From positions 62,001-126,000 of the forward strand of contig JAHLWZ010000804.1 in the NCBI GenBank assembly GCA_020536535.1: a DNA stretch of 64,000 bases, read 5' to 3'. Origin of the DNA: Pelomyxa schiedti (taxonomy: Eukaryota > Protista > Evosea). This document shows, in pieces, positions 30,479-42,322 of this stretch. Below the pieces are notes generated by a model, which saw only the letters and a program-made list of their open reading frames with translations, did not search any database and was not told where the DNA came from. The stretch's first letter is position 1, and each line of letters opens with the position of its first letter. The translations under genes and the position numbers were made by a program.

Positions 30479-32608
30479 ATGGCAGCAACGGGCGAAAGGA
30501 CTGTGTACTTGGCAGTGAGCGGCGATTCGCGGGTGACGGCCAACCGCGACTGCTGGCCGGCTCAGCAGGCGATGGAGGCGCTGCTCACGGCGGCGCTGAG
30601 GTCCCGCGGCGCCGTCGTCGTCAGGGCGCACCCCTTCGACGAGAGGCTGGGGCACGGGTTCATATGGAACCAGCGGATGGGCCTCGACGTGTTCGCGAAG
30701 ATCCCTCGCGACGCCTTCGTGATAGTAGCAGAGTCTGTTTGGCAATACAGCTACTTCGTTACAGGTGGTTTGAGGTATTTTTTTTTCCCATTTCCTTTCC
30801 TGCTTTTTTTTTTTCTGCTTCTTCTTCTTCTTCTTCGCCCCATTTCTTGTGGCTCTTTGTGTGTGTTAAGTTTCTTGTCAGGACGCACCAAGGGCCGATT
30901 TTAACTGTGGCCAATTGGGATGCTACTTGGCCAGGACTCGTGGGCCTACTGAACTTGAACGCAAGTCTGACAAAGATGGGGAAAAAGTTCTCCTCTTTAT
31001 GGAGTGTATCTTTTGATGACGAATTCTTCCTCAATGGCCTTACGACTTGGCTTAAGACTGGCGTTGTGGAACACCCTATTTCGTAATGCAACTTTTTTCC
31101 CTTGTATTTCCTAAGTTTGATTTCACAAAAGGCATGTCCGCGAACCAGAAATCAACACCTTGCCAAGTGGGTGGGTGGCACTGGGAACAAAGATTGGCAC
31201 AGAAATGAAAGAAAAGAAGGTCATAATGGGCATTTTTGATGAAGGGTGCATGGGAATGTACAATGCATTCTTTGACGATGAGTTGCTGAACCCGTATGCC
31301 TATCTCTTCCTTACTTAGTCTCAGTGGTTAATGTAACAAGATGTGGGATTTATAAAGAGAGGCTGAGCCAATCAGCCCTTTTCGCTGCCATGCAAACCGT
31401 CACGGTTCAGGAGGCCTGGGAAGCATTTGAATGGTGCCGCCGTGAAGGAATGACTTTTGTCCTGGGAAAGGACCCCAGAACGGAGTTGACAGTTGACCAA
31501 GTCCTTGAACAATTCAAGATGTACATTGCCGCAGTTCGCCTTGCGCATGCCTTCTCTTGTGACTGCATTGGAATTCAATATCAGCAAGGACTTAAAGATA
31601 CCTGTGCGGCTTCTGACTTGGCAGAAGGTCTTCTCAACAATGCACATAGACCACCCGTTTGCAATCCTGAGACTGGTGCTGTTCTATTTGATGGTACGAT
31701 TGAATAGAATTCGTAATGTACAATTTTCTAACTTCATTTCAGGTGAGCCAGTTGTCCACTTCAATGAAGGTACTATCTAAGGATCCCCCTTTGTTTTTTT
31801 CCTGCTTAACGATTGTTAGTTGATGAAGGTTCCGCGGTTGATGCAATGGTTACTAACAGGGTTGCTAAGGCTATGTCCATTGACCCTGCAACAACTCTTC
31901 ACGATATAAGGTAAACCTGATCCATCAAAAACCGTCGCACCATCAACATTGAACAAAAGGTGGGGAGAGTGGTTCAATGGTGATGGAATAAATGACTTTG
32001 TCTGGTTATTTGAAATCTCCGGTGCAGTTCCTCCTTCTCATCTGAAAGGAGGTTACAGGTCGTAACAACCTATATTCACACTCTTGTATTAATATAGCAC
32101 ACGTTTAGAGGCTCTTCAAGTGAGAGACAGCCACCAGTTTTCTTCCCCCGAGGAGGAGGCAGCTTGAAGGGAATAAGCAAGCCAGGTCCCACAATCCTGC
32201 CACTCTTCCTTCCTCAGAATTGCCATTAAAACACAACACCCAACAGGAGAGATCGTGTGGAGCAGAGTGTACCAACTTGGAGGCGCACTTCACGCCGACC
32301 TCGGGCGCGGGACAGCAGTGGAACTGCCACTCGAGGAGACCCAGAGGAGATGGAACCTATCCACCAAACAGTGGCCGGTAATGCACGCAGTGCTTCACGG
32401 GGTTACCCGCGACCAGGTTCCCTTTCCCTCTTTCTTCACTGAGAAGTTCTAACTCCAAACACTACTACAGATGATGGCACGGCACAAGTCCAACCACATC
32501 CAGGTTGTGTACGGAAACGACGCACAGTCCGCCAACCAACTCTTGGCCATCAAGCTTGCTGCCTTCAAGGCCATGGGCATTACGCCTCATTTGTGTGGAA
32601 GCGTTTAA
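30479..32608 (+). CDS. Bacterial-type L-fucose/L-arabinose isomerase-superfamily protein
   Basis: SGDSRVTANRDCWPAQ, RAHPFD...HGFI, GPILTVANW..WPGLVGLLNL, GIFDEGCMGMYNA, GIQYQQGLKD, HFNEVDEG, TTLHDIRWG, WPVMHAVLHGV, HKSNHIQV; canonical introns. Confidence 0.85.
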
Positions 32609-33057
32609 CTTTGACATAAAAACAACCACCCGGATCTTTGGGTGTTTTCATTCACACCCAAAAAATTATTTCCACCCAGTGTGGCGAGGTGACTTCGCGT
32701 CGCTGTAGTTCTAAGTACGGTTCTAATCACTGATGGATTTCTGGGAAAACTACCGCGAATCTGTTGGGACCCTGAGGGAGATCCAGGCGACACCTAGAAC
32801 TGATTCTAGCGCCTTTATAAGGCGGGAACAACACCATCGTAGTTATAGCAAGCAAAAAGCTAAAGTAATAAACAATAAACTCTTGTGTTTGTATTCGGGC
32901 TTCTTTCTCCCTTACTACACAAGTAAAACAACAACCATCGACACCCCAGCACACCTCACAGTGTGGTGGTCACTATCCTAACCCAATCTACCTCGGCACA
33001 CCCAGACTGCCGTTTCGTCGCTTCAGCGGAAACGAAAAAGAAAATTTCCCTTCGGAA

Positions 33058-34352
33058 ATGAGTGCGTTTGGAGGGAGGCTTGGCGTTTTGTCGTACAGTT
33101 TGACTGGAAACACAAAGTACTTGTGTGACACAGTGTCAGATCTGCTCGTCAAGGCCGGTGCCGGTGCGTTGTTGCTGCCACTGTTTGTTTCAACCTCCGC
33201 TCATAACGCGGTTTTTTTAACACAGTATGCGATGTGGAAAAAGTGGACCTGATTGAAGCCGTAAGGGGCGACGTATCGTCTGCCGAGGTCGCTGAAATAC
33301 TATCGCGAGTTTCTGTCGTCCTCGTAGGTTGTAATCCACTTTATTTATTACATGCCCTAAGGAAAATATTAATAGTGCACTCATTATCGTGTAGGTTGGC
33401 TTTGTTGGCGATCAATGGAGCCACCGGGGGTTCAAGAATTCTTTTCTGAACTTCCTGACGGTGTTCTACGTGGAAAGCCCGCTATCCTCGTCTCCACTGG
33501 TGGTGCTGGGTTGTTGCTTTGATATTGCATAGTTTTTCATGTTCATTACATGGTCTCAGGGTTGGACAAGGGTTCGAAAGAATGACCTACGAACTTAACG
33601 TTAAAGGTGCTAGTGTCATTCACCAGGTATGCTCCCGTCTTCTTCTTCGACGCATTGAGGTATTCCGTGAAGCTTTTCCTTATGGCACCAGAAAACATCC
33701 CTTTTGCTTGTCCTAGTAAATCATCCCCTGGACAACGATGGGGTTCAGTTCACACCGACAGAATTCCCAGTTTTGCTGCTGAAGTCATTTCTAGACTTCA
33801 AGGCTTTTCTCTGGGCAGTGTTCCACCCAGGCCAAGGAAGAATCCACCACCGAAAAATCTACCTTCTGTCTTAGGTTTGCTCTATGATTTCAATTCTCTG
33901 TTTAACGGGGGGAAAAAAAGAACGAGTGCTCTTTGTACCCATTGTGATTGACAAATCGAGATGCTTCAAGTGCAAGTCATGTGTTAAGAAATGCCCCTCT
34001 AAATCGATTTCCATTGAGGACAGTGGTAACTCTCCTCCAAATAACACCAGTACTTACACCCGCGGCAGATTCCTCATTTCCCGTGGTTGACGGCAATACT
34101 TGCCTTCACTGCTGCCGGTGTATCAACGCGTGCCCGGCAAACGCACTTTCCATGTCAGGACTTCAGGCGAGGCAGCAGTACCAGTTTAAGCAGTCAGTTC
34201 TTGCCCAAGGCCAAAACTACCCAACCATACCCGAAATGATCCCACTGGTCCTCACAGCCCTCGTGCAAATGCACCCCACATTCTTCAAATCCACTGCCGC
34301 CCTATGCCTCTGCGTCTTCCTCCTGCTCCTTCTCTTTTACTGGCTCCACTAG
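33058..34352 (+). CDS. EFR1-type flavodoxin-fold plus 2x[4Fe-4S] ferredoxin fusion with C-terminal transmembrane tail
   Basis: Flavodoxin P-loop YSLTGNTKY; MAPEN; CFKCKSCVKKCP and CLHCCRCINACP; terminal AALCLCVFLLLLLFYWLH-stop. Confidence 0.85.
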
Positions 34353-34568
34353 TATCACCCACAAACAAACACCACGCCGTGCTCTGTGGAATTCCGCTGC
34401 CTTCCACAAAAAGCCTGTGGTTTGTTCCCACCCACTTTCGGAACCGGTGATGTTGCCTAAAAAGAACACCTTCGTTGCAAAATGGGATTTCCAAAAAACG
34501 AAAGCACAGAACGAAATAAAATCAAACAAATAAACTATCGTGTAAATAAGGTACACAATAGTGGCTCA

Positions 34569-36144
34569 ATGGACAACAACAGCACCAGCCTCAGTCCCGA
34601 CACAAACCAAGACGTAAGAATTTCCTTCGCCCTTTGGCACCTTTAATCCCAATCTCGGGCGGCTAACCCACAATTATGACTAGACGGGGGGAGGACTGAC
34701 TGTAGAGGATGTAAGAATCGCGGGGATTGTTTGCTCGGTGTTCTCTTTGCTTGGAAGCAGTTTGGTTATTGCTGCCACGTTGGCTATTCCAAGTTTGCGG
34801 AAAGTTTTCAGAAACAGACTTGTATCTAACAGTTTGTTGTTGTTTACTGTCTGACTGGTTGGGGGGGGTGTTTTTTTTTGTTTATCTGTCTTGTGTGTCA
34901 CAGGTTGTTGGTGGGATAGACTGTTTATTTATAATGTTTTTAGGTTCTTTACTTGAGTGTGAGTGACTCAATGTGGGCTCTTACACTACTGTGGGATTTA
35001 AATGCTAATTTGGAAGAAGGAACGGCGTGCAATGCTGCAGGATTTCTGCTGCAGTGGTTTGTTGTCTGTTCTGATTTCTTAGTCTTGGCCCTTGCTGTAT
35101 CAATGTATGCAGCACCTATATTATTGCAGACATCCAATTCTTCTCTTGAGTCATCTGCATACCTATCAATAAATTGAAGTGAAGGTTCCTCGGAATTGTA
35201 CTAAAATTCAATTTGGAGACTCCACTATCTGACGTTGTCTGCATATGTGGGGCTTATGTCCCCACTTTTGGGCTTGCCTTGATACCTCTGTTTGGAGGCA
35301 CTCCAGGAGGCTACGGCCCGCGAGGTGCTTGGTAAACTTTCGCCATTGCTGAGATTTTCACAGTTGAAACTAATAACGCTCAGGTGCTGGATCCAGGTAA
35401 CTATAACCACTGCATCATTTCTTATTGTCTAAAAATACTGTCCCTTGGCGACATGACAGGATCCTCTCTCTGTATATTGTTACACCGCCGTTTGAAAGTT
35501 CTAATGTTAGTAGGGGTTACTTATGAGCTATATGTTTGCGTGGATTGTTGCAGTGGCAATCACCATACTTTACATGTAACTCTTTTTCGAATCCAGTACT
35601 ACTCTAACGTTCTGCATAGCTTAATCATCAGACACATCCTTACTGCGACTCGGCAGGTGAAACTGCTTGGAAGTGCTGTCACCCCAGACAAAGCAAAAGA
35701 GCACGAGTTAACACTTCAACTCTATAAGACGTTCTTTGCGTTCCCTTTGTGCTTCATCATCCAATGGATTCCGGCCACTGTACCTTCCCCCAACTCCACA
35801 TTACTTCCTCATCATGCTACAGATAAATCGTGTTAACAACCTTGTTCACCCCGATACTCAGAATGTCTGGTTGCTATTTTTCCATGTATGTATGAACAAT
35901 TTTTTATGTTTTGGAAAAAAAAACCACAAAAAAGGTTGTCTTCTGTTGGTCTGGGGGGGTTTACAACAGCATAGTTTATTCAGCAGTTCATAGACGGACT
36001 CTGCTAGTGTGTTTGAAGCAAATAGTACTGATTGCCAGAGGGAAAGGAAGTTCTGGGGAGCGTGCCCGCCCAGTTTCGATGGATTTGAGTACAACGGTAC
36101 AACATCCCCAATTACTTTGTTTGGTTTACTGCCGCTTATTCTAA
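34569..36144 (+). CDS. cAMP-receptor/GCR1-like 7TM GPCR
   Basis: CSVFSLLGSSLVI, RNRL-VLYLSVSD, ACNAAGFLLQWF, FFAFPLCFIIQWIPAT-INRV and GVYNSIVY motifs. 3' end approximate. Confidence 0.82.
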
Positions 36145-36201
36145 GCACAGGATGAAAATTTATAACGGCGAATTTTGTACAAGTACCACGTAGTAAAACA
36201 A

Positions 36202-37492
36202 TTACATATTCCCTTTTCTTTCCCACCTCTCTTTGGATTCAAAGCTGTTGTAAAGAGGAAAAAAAAAACCATGAACTGGGAATAAAATGGTGTAGAGTAT
36301 ACCCCCATTGCAGACGTGGCCGCTTGAGCTTTCTTGAGTGTAGTTCCTCCTCTGCTTTTGCATCATCATAAGCCTTGCAATTTAGTGCCGCTACTAATTG
36401 TTTCTGGCGATGAGATTCAGATAGCCTGTCACTAAGGTTCGAAGCCGAGGCGAAATCACCATTACGTAGAGCTTGCCGAATTTCCTTTTCCTCTGGTGGC
36501 TGGAATTGGAAAATTTAGTGTCCCTCAAAATATAAAGGAGGTACTTTACCACATCAACCAAGGGGCCCTGTGGAACATCCTTCAATTGCGGGTTTGGATC
36601 CAGGTATTTCCAGATATCAGTCCGGCTGACACATTGAGGGTCCATGTGTTTCTTTGAATCACTGGAGCCCAAATTTCGCTGCCCACTGTTCCGGAATGCT
36701 GTATTAGAGGGTTCAATCAGTGATTCCGATGTGGGGCTGGTCTTTGTGTGTGGAGAATCCAAGTCATTAATATCACCAGCAAGAGCGCTATTAACTGTGT
36801 ACTTGGTGGGGAAAAAAAACCAGTAATAATGTTATTCCCTTGTCCCATGTGCATACATTTAAACAAAACAAAACAAAACAAAACAAAACAAAACAAAACA
36901 AAACAAAACAAAACAAAACAAAACAAAACAAAACAAAACAAAACAAAACAAAACAAAACAAACAACAAACAACAAACAACAAACAACAAACAACAAACAA
37001 CAAACAACAAACAACAAACAACAAACAACAAACAACAAACAACAATGGTCGTAGTAGAAACGCACCCTTCTTTTGAATGAGCTTTCGTAAGTTCTTAACT
37101 CTCTTATGGGACATTGAATGAGCCAAAGCGTCCCTCCGCGCCCTGCACGCCTCCACCCTCCTCGCCAATTGTAACTGCAACTCCAATTGCCCCTGCACTT
37201 GCACTTGCTGGTTCTGTTGGTGCTCTTGATCCAATTGACTCGGTGAGGGGGTAAGTGACTCGCCTAAGATGGCACCGCCGTCGTCGCACTTGGAACCCCT
37301 GTCGGCGTCTGCCGCTGGGGTGGCAGCGCTCAGTGGGCCCCCACCACCCTCGCTGTGTTGTTGCGGTTCTGAGTAGTGGCACTCGTGTTGTGGGAGGGGT
37401 GCACAGCTCGAGTTGGAAATGGTAGCCGATGCTGCAGTTGTGGAATGATCGTCGTCATGGTCGCCCGGAAGCTCAGTAACTCCGAGTGACAT
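36202..37492 (-). CDS. FAM204A: FAM204A-like protein
   Basis: Spliced C-terminus IRQALRNGDFASASNLSDRL...ALNCKAY...KRPRLQWGFESKERWERKGNM matches the FAM204A ending (LAWGFEAKKRWETKSNM). Start uncertain. Confidence 0.8.
36861..37045. repeat. Compound intronic microsatellite: (AAAAC)x~20 joined to (AACAAAC)x~12
   Basis: Seen directly; lies in the first intron of the FAM204A-like gene. Confidence 0.95.
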
Positions 37493-37778
37493 GATGATGG
37501 TTTCAACGAAATCTACTGGGACCTGGGGGCACACCTTGGCTAGAGTACCACGCAAATGTTGTCTGCCTAAAAATCCAAGATAGCCACAACAAGAGACGAG
37601 ACAATTTTCGTTCACCTTTCGAAGAGCACTTGGAAAATAATGGTCCTCTTTTCTCGTTTGAGTTACAGAGGGAAACCCCTGTTTTCAGTGTTTTTTGCAA
37701 TAACAACAAGCGCATAGTTGGTTTAGAAACAACTATTTGCCGAACTACAATCTCAAACAATAAGACAGTGTAGAGATT

Positions 37779-40700
37779 CTAGGCGTCCCCTCGGTCTTTG
37801 CCCTTCCCGTCGTCCTCCTCTTCATCGTCATCTGACCCGTTCCGTTTGATAAGCTCTACCTTGACCTCGGTTTCGGCGGGCTTGAAGCCGAGCTTGGCCT
37901 TGATTCTGCCGATTATGCCGAGTCCTTCATCCTTGAACTTTCTTGGTTCATAGGCAGGAACTGGTATTCGGGTTCCAATAAGTCCTGTTGTTGCTTTAGT
38001 GGAGTCGGAGTTCGGGTAAATCATTTACCTAGTGGGAGCGTAATCACTGCAATAGCTAAGCAGGTGATCCATTGCGAGAAGTTGAGTCCTGGGAAAGGTG
38101 CCACACTCATCCACTCGCCGGCAAAGGTAACAATAATCACTTGAATGACTACTGTGACACCAACAATCAAGAGGAACATCCAGTTGGTCCATATTTTCTC
38201 CCAAACATTCCACTCTATTTTTTTGTGTTAGCCCAAGCAAGTAGGGGTGGTAAACGAACCATTGTTCACTTTTCTTGAATTAACTTCATTGCATACTTGG
38301 CAGAACACGAACGTATTAAAGATAACCGTTTGAAGGAGGAGAGTTTGCTCGGATATTTCGAAGTCAAATGCTCTGTGCTGGCCTGCTGCACAATAGTCGT
38401 CGGCAGGGTACACACCTCCCTCAGTATTTGCTATGGGAAGAGTTAACCTTTTTATCACTTAGCAAAACCATACAAAGGCAACAAGTGGATGTAAGAGTAG
38501 TGCTGAGAGGGTCATTATAATCCGTGTAGGCACAACTTACACCAAGCCATGGGAAGAATCTGCCCGCATACAGAAGAATAAGCAATACCATTAACTGAGC
38601 AGAAATAAGAACAAGAATGAAACGGGAGTGAGAGAAGAAACCTGATAGGAAGCATGCAGAATTATATTGCGGAGCATAAAATTGGATATGAGCCTATCAT
38701 AACGTCCAAACCTGAAGGGAGTTAATGTGAATTCTTTTATTTGAGACACAAACGGTTTGCGTTTAAGAAGGGCTTCTGTTGGCTTTTCAGTGCCTAAAGC
38801 AAGTGCGGCCATGGTGTCCATAATCATATTCACCCATAGCAATTGAATTGCTTTTAGGCAAGCTCCTTTTTGTGTTACGGCACCAATAGCCACCACTGCA
38901 AGCGCAACCACATTGACTGTAAGTTGGAATTGCAGGAATTTCCGTATATTATCGTAGACACTTCTTCCCCACATCACTGACTTGACAATAGACTTGAAAT
39001 TGTCATCCAGGATAACGATATCTACGCTCTTGAGCAATTATTTTGGTAGGTGGACAGCAAACCTGCTGCCTGTTTGGCAATATCAGTTCCTCTTAGACCC
39101 ATTGCCAACCCAACATCAGCCGACTTAAGAGCTTGTACATCGTTGGTTCCATCGCCTGTCACTGCAACTACTTCACCCTGCTTGATCAAACTGGTCTACG
39201 TCAGAAAAAAAAATAGGAATAAATATTGACGGAGTACCATTTGACGAGCTTCTTCTTATCTGAGGGGGATGACCTTGCTAGGACTTGAAGCCGTGGTAAG
39301 ATTTCATTTCGTTCCTGCTTTGTCATGGCAGCAAATTTGGGCCCCTCTAGAGAAACACCTCCAGGTGAAAGAATGTGGCAGTCTCTGGCAATATGTTCGG
39401 CAGTTAGAATATCTGGGTAAGTGAAGGAAAACAAGGGTGGGGTTCTTTTCCCCATCAAGGATACTGTCACCAGTGACCATCCTAACAGTAATTCCTGCAT
39501 CCTGACAAGCTTTGACGGCAGCTGGCACCTCTGGTCTAAGAGGATCGTGGATACCAACAATTGCATAAAGTGTCAGGTTCATGTCTGGAGCAGTCTCATA
39601 AACAGCCTTGTTATCGTCCATAATGACATTTGGCTCGGCTGTAGAGTAAGCGTCATCCGTCGACTCCCCATCACCCTCTGCAGCCGCAGACTAAAGGGGG
39701 TGAAAAAAAAAACATACTGGGGTACTCAGTTACCGTGTCGGTTTTGGCCTCAGCAATAGGTTGCACAGCCTTAGAGGCATCGGCAGCGGACTGGTCGCGA
39801 TAAGCAAGACAGAGGGTCCTCAATCCTTTGGAAGCGTACCCTTCAATCTCCTCACCAATCTTCGACTTGAGTTCATTGGTTAGTTCAACCACATTAGCCT
39901 CTGCGTCTAGAACAGTAGAACAACGCCTAAGAACAATCTCCGCAGCACCCTAAGTATGGTTGGGGGGAAAAGTATTTCGTAGGTCACATACTTTTACGTA
40001 GTGTCTGATCAACCCTTTACTCTGATCCAACCAAATGAGACAATTGCAACGCTTTCTTGCTGAACTGAAAGTAAATCGCTGGTAGATGTTGTCACTATTC
40101 TGATCACGTATTTGTTGGTAATTTGCGCCAAGTGCCTCGGCAAAGATAAGGAAGGCGCAGTCAGTTTTGTTCCCAACAGTTTCCTAGGAATGGACTGATT
40201 ACTAAGATGACGAGGGAAAAAACCAACAAACCACAGGTTTGCCCTCTTTGCGCAGAAGATTGGAACTATAGGCGCAATTCAATGCCGCATTTTCCGTAGT
40301 AAGCCGCAATACATGCTTGGGAATGTCAAATTTTGGGGGAACTTCGGGGAAATCTCTTCCACACAGCCAACCCTTGTTTAGGTTGGCGGAGTTACTGATG
40401 GAGAATGATAGAATACCCTGACGATTGTCATACAATTTTCAGTGAGTGTACCAGTCTTATCAGAACAAATATCTTAGTCAGGGATTACACCAGAGATGGA
40501 TAGAGGAAGGATGATACTTGTGCAGTTGGACATGGTTTCACAAGCCTTGAGGTGTCTCACCAAATTCTTGTCGTGATACATTTGCTTCATTGAGTACGCC
40601 AAGGAAATTGTTACAGCAAGTGGTAGACCTTCAGGTACTGCAACAACCTTCCGTACTGTAAACAAATTGCTTGGAAAAAACTAATCACACGAACCACAAT

Positions 40701-42322
40701 GGTAATGCCGATGATGATATAGTCGACAATACAGATTGCTTGAGCCCAGTCATAACCCAGGCATAAAAACTCCTCTCCAAAAGAAGTCATATCAGAGGGG
40801 GCATGTGTGCAGTGATCGTCAGCATATACCCATTGACAGTCATACCTTCATTAAACTTAGACTAGGTATCATAATTAATAGTGCGTACAGGGCAGCAGGA
40901 ATCACCCACCACACCGCAAGAACCAGAACGACAAAGGATGCAACTGCCATACCAAATTTTCCGATTGCTAAACAGGGAGAGGTTTATCTTCCGCTTTTGA
41001 AAAAGGGAAACAGCATACTGCCAGCAAGGTCATCCAAATTTTCTTGCAGAGGTGTATCTGGCTTTTCGTCTTGCAGGGACTCCATAGTCTTTCCCCATTC
41101 AGTGTGGGGACCAACACCGCACGCTAGAATGTATCCACTGCCATCCGTCAGCTAAAAGCAGGTAAGAAACAACTGCATCAAAGAAAATACTAACCTTATA
41201 ACCAAGATGGATAAACGGTCGGGAGCCGTTAATCTTCATATCAACCGTTTCTCCTGTCATTTTGCTAGAGTCAACTTTCATGCCTGTTTATCAATGAAAA
41301 ATGGATTCACACACAGCCGGTTCAAATACCAAACCCTGATATGTAAACAGAATCTGCAGGGATTTCATCACCTGTATCGAGAGCAATAACGTCCCCAACA
41401 TTGACTTCCGCATAGGGAATGGTTTCCTGGGTGGCCGGTAAAACACAGTAGGAAAAGAATAATTCCTACCAATTGTCCTTCCCGAATAACTTTAACAGTC
41501 CTATCACGCTCCTCCTGGTTGGATAGAGCGCGAAACTGACGCTCTTTGGAGTAGTTGTTCCCCGCTGTGACTGTACTCGCTAGAATAACAGCACCAAGAA
41601 TAGCAGCTCCCTCAATCCAACCTTTTGTTTGGAGGTATTGCCAGAAGCAAAAATGTTATTCTTGATTGCAATGAAAGGTTGCCTACTTGACTGTTGTTCA
41701 CTAATGACTTCGCCTTCACTGGCAGTGACGTTCACCAGGCACGCATCTTGGTATCCAAGGTCTTAGGGGAAAATTCAGTTTTGAAATCGGGAACACAAAT
41801 ACCCTACCAGCAGGAATTGCAAGTCCGAGGATGAGTGACACAATTGCAGCAATGATCAAGATGATCAAGGTTAAATCTTTGACTGCCTCGAACCACAGTT
41901 GAAAAAAGTTTTTGTGTTTCGCCTCAGGTAAAACATTAATACCAAATCTAATGTAAAGTGATTTAGTCAGGAGGATTTCATATTCAATAAGAAATGAAAA
42001 AGAGGTTAATAAAACATACACGCGTCGCCTATGCACAAACTTCGAGTTGATTTCCTCTTGACCGAGTCCCGCTTTCAAACTTGTGCCCAGCTTGGCAGCC
42101 AGACCCTCGAGCCCTCCCATAGCTGTGAGTTCCTCCACTTTCCTTCAAATACTTTCTTACCCCCAAGAAACACAAACATTTGGTACAACAACGAGCACAA
42201 CTACGCTCAACACAAGCATAACATGACAAACGCGACCAGATCTCAACAACGAAGGAACAACCAAGTACGTACTTGTGGAGCACCATCTCTTGGAGTTGGA
42301 CGGCAGTTACAGTGAACTCCAT
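37779..42322 (-). CDS. P2B (PMCA-type) Ca2+-ATPase
   Basis: [78 protein letters not shown]. Confidence 0.96.

Noticed and set aside
32700-32850. Specific call as RNase P/MRP, U2 or U4
   Set aside because: Only partial motif resemblance and too short; kept as an unassigned candidate.
17474-34352. Bacterial contamination as the source of the prokaryote-like genes
   Set aside because: They carry spliceosomal introns like their neighbours and are interleaved with core eukaryotic genes.
36717-37080. ORFs with LFVVCC/NKTKQ repeats; possible CRISPR or telomere array
   Set aside because: These are translations of an intronic microsatellite; there are no spacers and the array lies inside a gene.
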